A stretch of 64,000 nt of DNA from Elainellaceae cyanobacterium. GTDB lineage: Bacteria; Cyanobacteriota; Cyanobacteriia; CAKZMO01. A program made the translations under genes and the position numbers. Each line of letters begins with the position of its first letter. Positions within the stretch are counted from its first letter, which is position 1. Shown here in pieces: positions 33,266 through 41,167 of this stretch. Where the stretch lies: contig JBARXP010000099.1 of NCBI GenBank assembly GCA_049647405.1, positions 669-64,668 on the forward strand, given 5' to 3'. The notes beneath the pieces were generated by a model. That model saw only the letters and a program-made list of their open reading frames with translations. It made no database searches and had not been told where the DNA came from.

Positions 33266-33487
33266 TACTACTTTCTTTGGATAGAATTAGCGAGCTTTAT
33301 CTAAAGTTTAACAATGCAAAAGTGGCAAAAATTTAAGAACGATTTATAAACTTTTATCGATTGGAGATGCTTGGAAACTTAAGTGTTAGTTGACGTAGCT
33401 AATTTCTCTTTTTAGTCCATATCAACGAAGGTCTGAGTTGGCAGTTAGGATAGAGCCAGAATTTTGCCGCTAGTACGAGTAAGAAAA

Positions 33488-34330
33488 ATGAGTAGATTTC
33501 TTATAATTGATACGTGCGTGTGGATCGCACTTGCAGGAGAACCCAAGCTTTATAGCCTGATTGAAACTCTAGATGAAGCTCTCCAAACGACTGATTTTAT
33601 CCTAATACTTCCTGAATCGGTCAAGCTTGAATTTGATCGCCACAGAAACACTATAAACTCAACTTGGAAAAATAAGTGTAAAGGATTAATTCGTCAGATT
33701 ATGCAGGTCAAAAACCATTTCCCTAATCATGCACAAGAAATTTCAGTTATTCACAACCTTCTTCAAAATACGTTGGCAGTAAGCGGCGCAAATATTGAGG
33801 ATAATTTGAAATTAGTTGATCAAATTTTCTTGCAAGCTACAGTAATAGACAATTGCTCCGATCAAATGTTTGCAGAAGCTGCTAAGAGAGTTTTTCAACG
33901 CATGCCTCCTGCTCTAAAGCCTGAGGGCAGCAGTATAGGCGATTGTTTACTTTGGCTATCTATATTAGAACTGTTGAAAACCGGAGAAGTATGGTTTTGT
34001 ACAGATAACAAACATGACTTTTCTCGTCGTAATGCTGAAAACTTACCATTTGAAGATCTAGATATGGAGGCTTTCAGTATTAATAAGAAAGGTATGTTTA
34101 ATTACTTTATTGATCCAAATAAGTTCATTAAACAAATCTCTCCTGTTTCTAGAGACTTACCTCGCTATTCAGACTATGTAGAGAAAGATTCATGGATGAA
34201 ACCAATAACTTGTCCTAGTTGCGAAGCAGTAGCAGCCTTTCCACACCTTTACAGCACAGGTTACAGATATATTTGCGCGAATTGTGGAAGTGCTTCATCT
34301 TTTTTACCTGCTGACGATCCACTTTTATAG
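33488..34330 (+). CDS. PIN-like nuclease-fold protein with C-terminal CxxC...CxxC zinc ribbon
   Basis: FLIIDTCVWIAL opens a PIN-like fold, with further acidic positions at IGDCLLW and FCTDNKHDF. The C-terminus carries CPSCE...CANCG. AT-rich. Start set at the MSRFLIID ATG. Confidence 0.5.
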   Translation: MSRFLIIDTCVWIALAGEPKLYSLIETLDEALQTTDFILILPESVKLEFDRHRNTINSTWKNKCKGLIRQIMQVKNHFPNHAQEISVIHNLLQNTLAVSGANIEDNLKLVDQIFLQATVIDNCSDQMFAEAAKRVFQRMPPALKPEGSSIGDCLLWLSILELLKTGEVWFCTDNKHDFSRRNAENLPFEDLDMEAFSINKKGMFNYFIDPNKFIKQISPVSRDLPRYSDYVEKDSWMKPITCPSCEAVAAFPHLYSTGYRYICANCGSASSFLPADDPLL

Positions 34331-34512
34331 ATTCGTAAAGAAGCGCCGATCTTTAAACACTTGGAGCTGATTGTGAACGGGCGATCGTACTCTAGGCTTT
34401 AACTGTGGGAGCGATCGCCATGCTGAACATGAAGGGGCGATCGCGGAAGTGCAATGCTCCAAAAAGGCTGCGGTAGAATTGAGGCGGAACCTGATGATGG
34501 CGACTTACAAAC

Positions 34513-34815
34513 ATGACTGATCATCCCAGTTCATCGACTACATCTCTTGAATTGCTGCTTCATGAAATTGAAGCAACGCCTAGAGAATATTGGGCAGATC
34601 TACTCGATACATTGCGCCAGTTTCGCCAGAACATTCCATCCACCGCTCCACATATTATTGATGCTGAACAAGCTCAGAAAAATCAAGCGGCGATCAACCT
34701 TCTAGACTCTTGGTCGAGTGATGATGAAGATGCCTCTGAACATCAGCAGGCTTGGGATTTCCTGAAGACGGCTCTAGATGAAGATCGACTATCTGATCGT
34801 CCCTTATTTCCATGA
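34513..34815 (+). CDS. VapB-like antitoxin (uncharacterised family)
   Basis: 100-aa acidic protein that overlaps the downstream PIN toxin gene by 4 bp. Confidence 0.4.
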   Translation: MTDHPSSSTTSLELLLHEIEATPREYWADLLDTLRQFRQNIPSTAPHIIDAEQAQKNQAAINLLDSWSSDDEDASEHQQAWDFLKTALDEDRLSDRPLFP

Positions 34816-35264
34816 ATCGTCTAATTTTGCTAGATTCTGGCCCCTTAGGAATGATCACGCACCCCAAAGCCACAGGCATTCCCTTTGATTGTCAGCTCTG
34901 GCTCAAATCTCTTCTACGACGCGGAGAAAAGGTTGCTATCCCTGAAATTTCAGATTACGAAGTTCGCCGTGAACTGCTTCGAGCAGGATTGTTGCGAAGT
35001 TTACGCCGATTGGATGACTTGAAGCAAACGCTCGACTACATCCCAATTCATACAGAGACGATGCTTCTAGCGGCTGAGTTGTGGGCACAAGCGAGAAACC
35101 TTGGGCAGCCTACGGCAGATGCTAAAGCATTAGATGGAGACGTTATTCTGGCCGCTCAAGCCCGACTTCTTGGCAACGAGGGAGCCGAGGTAATTGTGGC
35201 AACAACGAACGTGTCTCATCTATCTCGATTTATTACAGCATTAGATTGGCAATTCATTGAGTAA
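34812..35264 (+). CDS. vapC: PIN-domain toxin (VapC-like)
   Basis: ILLDSGPL N-terminal PIN motif, with conserved acidic residues along 150 aa. Translationally coupled to the upstream small ORF. Confidence 0.7.
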   Translation: MNRLILLDSGPLGMITHPKATGIPFDCQLWLKSLLRRGEKVAIPEISDYEVRRELLRAGLLRSLRRLDDLKQTLDYIPIHTETMLLAAELWAQARNLGQPTADAKALDGDVILAAQARLLGNEGAEVIVATTNVSHLSRFITALDWQFIE

Positions 35265-35447
35265 GATAGAGCGATCGCCTTTTTCCTCCACACAAATAAG
35301 GGCGATCGCCACGCCGATAACAAACGGGCGATCGGTGTGATAGTTTACCAGTGACAACAACGATCCTTTATGCCTAAAAAGCATTCTTTCGAGGAAGGGT
35401 TGATTCGTTAGAATATTGATGCAAGTTTAATCAAAGGTATCCTGTCC

Positions 35448-35693
35448 ATGTTCAGCACAACAGTTACCGACACTGGGCAAATCACCTTACCAGAAGAAAT
35501 TCGGCAGCATCTCAAGCTGACCAGCGGCAGCAGAGTCGAATTCGTGGTTGAAGAAGATGGCCAGGTAAAAATCTTTCCTCTCAATGTTGCTGTAGAAACC
35601 CTGTCAGGCATCTTGCATCGGCCCGCTGCTCAACCCGTTGCGCTCGAAGATATGGAGGCTGCTATTTCTGAGGGAGCCAATGATTGGGCTTGA
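35448..35693 (+). CDS. AbrB/MazE/SpoVT-type antitoxin (VapB-like)
   Basis: The TGQITLPEEIRQHLKLTSGSRVEF sequence is a swapped-hairpin AbrB-like DNA-binding motif. Confidence 0.6.
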   Translation: MFSTTVTDTGQITLPEEIRQHLKLTSGSRVEFVVEEDGQVKIFPLNVAVETLSGILHRPAAQPVALEDMEAAISEGANDWA

Positions 35694-35781
35694 TACCAAT
35701 ATCCTAGTCCGCTACCTGACTCGCGATGATGAGCCTCAATGGCGGCAAGCTACCGACCTGATTCAGCAAAACCAACACTGA
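35680..35781 (+). pseudogene. truncated VapC (PIN) toxin remnant
   Basis: A 33-codon ORF (MIGLDTNILVRYLTRDDEPQWRQATDLIQQNQH*) overlaps the antitoxin stop. It has a PIN N-terminus with a premature stop and no continuation in frame. Confidence 0.45.
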
Positions 35782-36011
35782 GATCGCCAGCTTTGATAGC
35801 AAGCTGAAAGGCGAGAAGAGTTTCCGTTGGCTGGAGTAACCACAGCCAGCTAACCCTTCGTCGGTGCAGACGCAACAGAGATTGTCTTGGGAAAGAAGAA
35901 GCGATCGCCACCGCATCACTTAACCGTTTGCCTTATTGAAAAAATAGCAGGGTGCAGGAGCGATCGCCACGCCACTAAATAAACGGGCGATCGCCTCTCT
36001 AGGGCTTCGCG

Positions 36012-36263
36012 TTACTCAATCTGGACCGTCTTGGTGAGAATGCACATCATCTCGCCAGGGCGATCCGTGGGCATCGGTCGGCTCCACTCATTCGGTTCGG
36101 CATAGCCTCGTTGATGCAGGGACTTGATCACGATCTGAATCGCCTTGGGCGAACCGTAAAGCAGGTGACGCACGGATTCATTGTGCGGACTCGATTGGGG
36201 TCGGGATGGAAAATCGCCACCGGAATCTGTGGACGCAAACGCGCCCGAATTGGGTTGAAACAT
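36012..36263 (-). CDS. hypothetical small protein (83 aa)
   Basis: ORF preceded by a highly structured leader of about 200 nt. The ...GYAEPNEWSRP... segment looks like a conserved cyanobacterial hypothetical family, not identified. Confidence 0.4.
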   Translation of the reverse strand: MFQPNSGAFASTDSGGDFPSRPQSSPHNESVRHLLYGSPKAIQIVIKSLHQRGYAEPNEWSRPMPTDRPGEMMCILTKTVQIE

Positions 36264-36950
36264 GAGGTTCTGGTTCCTTTTTGAAAATAAACAACAGAAG
36301 GAAACCAGAACTCAGTCCCCTGGCTACCCCGCAAATGTGTGTGCAATTCGAGGCAGCCACGGTTTACCATAAACCGTTAGCCCCCCGACTGGCATGAGCA
36401 GTCGCGGTGGGTTAGCCATCTGTGGGTGTGACCGCACTCGCAGATGGTGCCAAGTTCTTGAGTTCTGAACTAAGCCATTCCAAAAAAACAGCTTAATGAA
36501 AAAGGATACTCATACAGGAGTTCTGAGTCAACCGTAGAGGAAGAGAGGATTTAGGAGAGAGGAGTCAGGAGAGAGGAGTCAGGAGAGGGGTGTTATGACG
36601 CACCTCAAACTAAAACATACATCATTTCATAATGTTGCATAGCCTAACAGACCTGAGGCGAGTCATTTGTCGGGATGAGGCTTTGCTTGTATAGATACAG
36701 CATCTGAAAAGCGATAATAAATCACCTCTAAATAGGTTTAACCCAGAAGCAGAAAAATGATTAGACTAAACTATAAGTCACCTGTCTACTTAAATAGAGA
36801 TCTTAGGCGGACGTAATTCTACCTATTCCACTAAAAAAGAGCTTAGGTGGAAAACTTTTCATATAATTTAGAAAATTTTCCCTCTAATCAATCGTTAGGT
36901 GCGCCAACAACGGTCGCACTCTTCTCTAACCTGAACATTGGCTAATTGAA

Positions 36951-38435
36951 GTGACCTGGGCAGATAATCCTCCACCTACAGTACGACTTGGTGAAGTCGC
37001 CGCAATCCATGTCGGTCTACGGATCTCTTCGATCGGGATAGTCATAGAAGAAGGCAGTGGCACTTCTTTCATAACTGGCCGCGATCTATACACCAACCGA
37101 CCGACAGCTGCATCGTTACGACAAGTTCAACTCACAGAAGATGTAGCCACAACGCGGTATCTTACTGTGGGCGACCTCGTTATTGCGACCACCTTCAAAC
37201 ACCCGCGTGTGCAGTCGGTCTCCGAAGAACTCGCTGGCGTCCTCCCTGCTAATACGGTTCTGGCCATCAGGCCGGATCATGCGATTATTGCGGTCGACTT
37301 CCTCGCTGACTATTTGTCGTCAGACACGTTTCTCCGGCACGCGCGCACGGTTTGCTCCACGCTTCATGACGCGATTCGACTGACGGTGACTGACCTAGCC
37401 AACGTTCCGGTTCCGTTATACCCAGTTGATCTACTCAAGGACTTCGATGTCATCCGCGACGAGGAGCAGCACCTTCGTACTCGGGCAGACGAACTGCATC
37501 GAGTCATCGTGTCATTCTTTAACTTTGGCACCGAAGCCGCACTGCGAGAAGCGGTAAACGATGTTCGGTTGCAGACCAACATAGTAGAGCAAAGCCTCCA
37601 GGCAGCGACCGATCCCGACTTTCAGATAAGGACATTCTATCCGTTCCCTATCGCCTATCCCTATCGTCTCACTGACCTCGATATTGAACCGACGAAGACT
37701 CTATATGAATTGCACCGCGTGTCAGAGGCCATCGCCGCGTACATAGCGTCACTATTGTTGGTGCTCCTAGAACCGCTTCCTACCACCATGCAGAAGTACG
37801 TCAAGAGGAGTTTTGGTGGCCACGGAGCAACCTTCGGCAACTGGTACAAGATCATTGTCCAGGGCACGGAATATCTGGACAGCGGGACTTCTGCGCTACA
37901 CAGATCTCTGGCTCACCTCGGGAAGACCGCTTTCTTGCGTCAGGTAAAAGAACTTCTTCAGTACCGCGACGACTTTCATCACCCCTCTGGGACGGGATCT
38001 CTGGTTGGTGCAGCGGCAGTGGCTCGTGAATCCGCTATTCGAAAAACGATGCGTTCAGTAATGTTGGAACTCGCGTTTCTCTGCGAACACCCGCTCTACC
38101 TGCCGATGGACTACGATGTTGTCCGCGCTACTGGCCTGTTTCGAACAGTGGCTTTGAAGTACACCGGTGACCATCCGGGAATGCGGAAGTTCGAGGTCGA
38201 CCTGCATCACGCGGTGACGAAAAATGACCTATGCACAGCAATTGGTAATGGGGACATGTGGCGCAGTCTCTATCCATACTTGTCTGTCGCGCACTGTCCA
38301 GTGTGCGGATCGCGAGAAACGTACTATGTGGACGAATGGCAGCCCGGAAAGGCGGCACGCATTCGGAGTTTCGAGCGTGGGCACGAGCAGATCTCCGACG
38401 AGATCGGTCACGAACTCTCGTTACGCCTCAGATGA
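36951..38435 (+). CDS. stand-alone protein: type I R-M HsdS-like target-recognition domain fused to an uncharacterised C-terminal domain of about 300 aa with a CxxC zinc ribbon
   Basis: The N-terminal 190 aa show the HsdS TRD pattern (LGEVAAI...GDLVIATTFK...VLPANTVLAIRP...TVTDLANVPVPLYPVDLLKDFDVIRDEEQHL...ELHRVI). The C-terminus carries RDDFHHP and HCPVCGS motifs. No hsdM or hsdR lies nearby. Confidence 0.6.
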   Translation: MTWADNPPPTVRLGEVAAIHVGLRISSIGIVIEEGSGTSFITGRDLYTNRPTAASLRQVQLTEDVATTRYLTVGDLVIATTFKHPRVQSVSEELAGVLPANTVLAIRPDHAIIAVDFLADYLSSDTFLRHARTVCSTLHDAIRLTVTDLANVPVPLYPVDLLKDFDVIRDEEQHLRTRADELHRVIVSFFNFGTEAALREAVNDVRLQTNIVEQSLQAATDPDFQIRTFYPFPIAYPYRLTDLDIEPTKTLYELHRVSEAIAAYIASLLLVLLEPLPTTMQKYVKRSFGGHGATFGNWYKIIVQGTEYLDSGTSALHRSLAHLGKTAFLRQVKELLQYRDDFHHPSGTGSLVGAAAVARESAIRKTMRSVMLELAFLCEHPLYLPMDYDVVRATGLFRTVALKYTGDHPGMRKFEVDLHHAVTKNDLCTAIGNGDMWRSLYPYLSVAHCPVCGSRETYYVDEWQPGKAARIRSFERGHEQISDEIGHELSLRLR

Positions 38436-38603
38436 AGGTAAAGCTTTGCTGAGAGGAGTGCGATCGCTCGATCTTGTAAGGTGCATTACCCACTACAACT
38501 TCTCGCAACTCTGCCAAGCAATTCTTGGAAATACGCCAGATCATGGATTTTAAGAAAGTGCGATCGCGCATCTACACCTGCTGCAATATAAAGAACACCG
38601 CGA

Positions 38604-39488
38604 CTAGACATCGCTAATCGAGGTCGTGCTAGATTGCCGCGCTAGCCTGACGAAAACAGCACTGGTGGCAAACATAATCAAGCTATAGATTCCTGCCGGA
38701 ATTGCCATGCTAGGTGTATTGAGAAACGTGGGTGCGCTTGCAACGGCAATAGCCAACGTCCCGTTCTGAATGCCCACTTCTACCGCAATGGCTTTTTTGC
38801 TACGGGTGTCTAACTGAGCCAGAGTGGCGATCGCAAAACCCAGCAGCATCGTGCTGACGTTTAGGGCAAGGGTCACCCATCCCACCTGTAAGAAGAAGCT
38901 GGCGACATTGGCGCGTTCTTTGGCTAACAACCCGACCACAATCAAGCTTAAAAAAGCGATCGATAGCCATTTAACCCCTTTTTCAACCTGAGAGGCAAAC
39001 CGAGGCGCGTAGTGGTGGAGCGCCATGCCTAATGCCACGGGGATCAGGGTAATGACAGCAATTTGAATAACTGTCGTCAAAAACGGCAGTTGGAGGGCAG
39101 CGGCTTCTCCTATAAAGTGCTGCATTGCCAGGTTGACGACCAACGGAATGGTGAACACCGTGATGAGGCTGCTAATCGCGGTCAGCGTAATCGATAGAGC
39201 CACGTTTCCCTGCAATAGATAGGTCATCAGATTGGATGTCGGGCCACCGGGGCAGGCGGCTAAAATCATGACGCCGACCGCCAGCTCTGGAGAAAGCGGA
39301 AAAAGACTCGCGAGCAGGAAGCCAACGGCTGGCAGCATAATCAGCTGAGCAATCAGCCCAAGGGCGACGGCTTTAGGCTCAACCAAGACTCGCTTAAAGT
39401 CATCCGCCGTTAGCCCCAATCCCATGCCCAGCATGATGATAAATAGAGCTAGGGGAAGAAAAACTGCGGTTAAGATGCTCGATTCCAT
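38604..39488 (-). CDS. bile acid:sodium symporter (BASS) family transporter
   Basis: 294 aa with about 9-10 TM helices and a Gly/Pro-rich pattern (ILAACPGGPTSN) typical of the BASS/ACR3 superfamily. Confidence 0.65.
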   Translation of the reverse strand: MESSILTAVFLPLALFIIMLGMGLGLTADDFKRVLVEPKAVALGLIAQLIMLPAVGFLLASLFPLSPELAVGVMILAACPGGPTSNLMTYLLQGNVALSITLTAISSLITVFTIPLVVNLAMQHFIGEAAALQLPFLTTVIQIAVITLIPVALGMALHHYAPRFASQVEKGVKWLSIAFLSLIVVGLLAKERANVASFFLQVGWVTLALNVSTMLLGFAIATLAQLDTRSKKAIAVEVGIQNGTLAIAVASAPTFLNTPSMAIPAGIYSLIMFATSAVFVRLARQSSTTSISDV

Positions 39489-40004
39489 AATTGTCTGGGT
39501 GCTGTGCTACCCGATAGCTGGGGAATATCTTAAGATGCTATCGGTAAAACGCACCATAACCCTAGTGAGCCTTGGCGATCGCTCGTTTCTATCGCTCGTT
39601 TCTTAAGTAGACGCTTCGCGCTGGCATAGCCTGTCTATCTGGCAAACACGTCTCTATCTGGCAAACACGTCGTTCAACAGCGACCCACGGAAGTCACTAT
39701 TTTGGCTGGGTCGATCTGCTGGGTCGATCTAGCCAAACAGGTTAATCGGTCGGCACGATACCCGATCATGCCAACCGATTCAAAATTACTCTGGCGGAGT
39801 CGTTGAATGGCTGGGGTGCCCTGGTAAAAACGGCACGAGACGCGGTTTGCGATGGGTAAAAATTAAACATAAGAATTTAATCAATGGCCTCAAACATATA
39901 TATAGGTGTATTTCGGCTTTAGAGACGCATTTGAGGGGCACCCAAAATGCTGAGGGTTTGCTATCTTCATAAGTGTTTAGACCTCTATAAGTTTCTACAT
40001 CATT

Positions 40005-40502
40005 GTGTTTGAGTATTTACCACCACTCAACGAACATAACCTTCCCTATCCCGACACCATGCACCCGATCGTGGTTCATTTCGTCATTGCGATGGTGTTG
40101 TTTTCCGTGATTTGTGATGCAATCGGCTATTTCACTAAAAACACTCGTCTCTACGAGGTGAGCTGGTGGAATATGACGTTTGCAACAGTGTCTATTTTTG
40201 TTGCGATTATTTTCGGTCAAATCGAAGCAGGGCTGGCCGAACCCTATCCTGCGGCTGTAGGTGATTTGAACTTGCATACGCTGATTGGCTGGTCGCTGTC
40301 TGGCATCATTGCGGCGATTACGGGGTGGCGCTACATTATTCGCATTCGTACGCCACAGCAGATTCCCATTCTATATCTGGGTGCAAATGGGCTGTTGACG
40401 GCGATCGTGCTGTTCCAAATTTACCTGGGTGACAAGCTCGTGTGGGTCTATGGGCTACACTCTGAGCCTGTAGTTGAAGCCTTGCGCGGAGGGGCGTTGT
40501 GA
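40005..40502 (+). CDS. DUF2231-like integral membrane protein
   Basis: 165 aa with 4 TM helices and an HPxxVHFxI N-terminal motif. It overlaps the next paralogous gene by 4 bp. Confidence 0.5.
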   Translation: MFEYLPPLNEHNLPYPDTMHPIVVHFVIAMVLFSVICDAIGYFTKNTRLYEVSWWNMTFATVSIFVAIIFGQIEAGLAEPYPAAVGDLNLHTLIGWSLSGIIAAITGWRYIIRIRTPQQIPILYLGANGLLTAIVLFQIYLGDKLVWVYGLHSEPVVEALRGGAL

Positions 40503-41113
40503 TGCCTTCGGTCACTTTATTCTGCTCAACTGACTTCCTCTTGGCTGACGTAGGAGCAAACAATTTGCCCTACAGCATTCCGATTCACCCCAACTTGGTG
40601 CATCTCACCTTGGGGTTGTTTATTGTGGCGATCGCCTTCGATATTGTGGGTGCGCTATTTCCCTTAGAAAAGCCCGTGTTTAAGTTTCTGGCCATTCCGG
40701 CAGTTCGCGCCAATTTATTTGATGTGGGCTGGTACAACATGGTGGCTGCCGCGATCATCACCTTTTTCACCGTTGCGGCGGGGTTTTATGAAATTATTAC
40801 GGCCAACATTTCCAAAGATGCCGTCAGTTCTTGGGGGCTGAGCGCAATGGATACGATGATCTGGCATGGGCTGGGCGGTGTTCTGTTGCTGTCTCTTATT
40901 GTTGGAATGACGGTTTGGCGAGGCTTTCAGCGCTATGTCTGGCGACAAGATCGATCGATGCAGGTGCAGTGGAGCTATTTGATCGCTGGACTTGGAATTT
41001 TTGCCCTGATGTTTGCCCAAGGGACGTTGGGAGCCCATCTAGGGGGCGAATTTGGGTTGCATGTCACCGCCGATCAGATGCTGCGAGTGGGCAGCGATCC
41101 CAACACGCTCTAG
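40499..41113 (+). CDS. DUF2231-like integral membrane protein (paralogue of upstream gene)
   Basis: The IHPNLVHLTLGLFIVAIAFDIVG sequence repeats the HP..VH motif of the previous gene. 204 aa. Confidence 0.5.
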   Translation: MMPSVTLFCSTDFLLADVGANNLPYSIPIHPNLVHLTLGLFIVAIAFDIVGALFPLEKPVFKFLAIPAVRANLFDVGWYNMVAAAIITFFTVAAGFYEIITANISKDAVSSWGLSAMDTMIWHGLGGVLLLSLIVGMTVWRGFQRYVWRQDRSMQVQWSYLIAGLGIFALMFAQGTLGAHLGGEFGLHVTADQMLRVGSDPNTL

Positions 41114-41167
41114 GCTGCATCTTCTATATCCCTGCCATCCCCGTAGAAAGACAAGAGCGACGCATTC

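Noticed and set aside
35301-35334. Interpreting every extended GGGCGATCGCCC pair as a mobile-element boundary
   Set aside because: HIP1 (GCGATCGC) is pervasive in this genome, in coding and non-coding DNA alike. Paired HIP1 sites separated by 15-20 bp recur (for example at 31061-31097 and 34381-34440), so most are not specific insertion scars.
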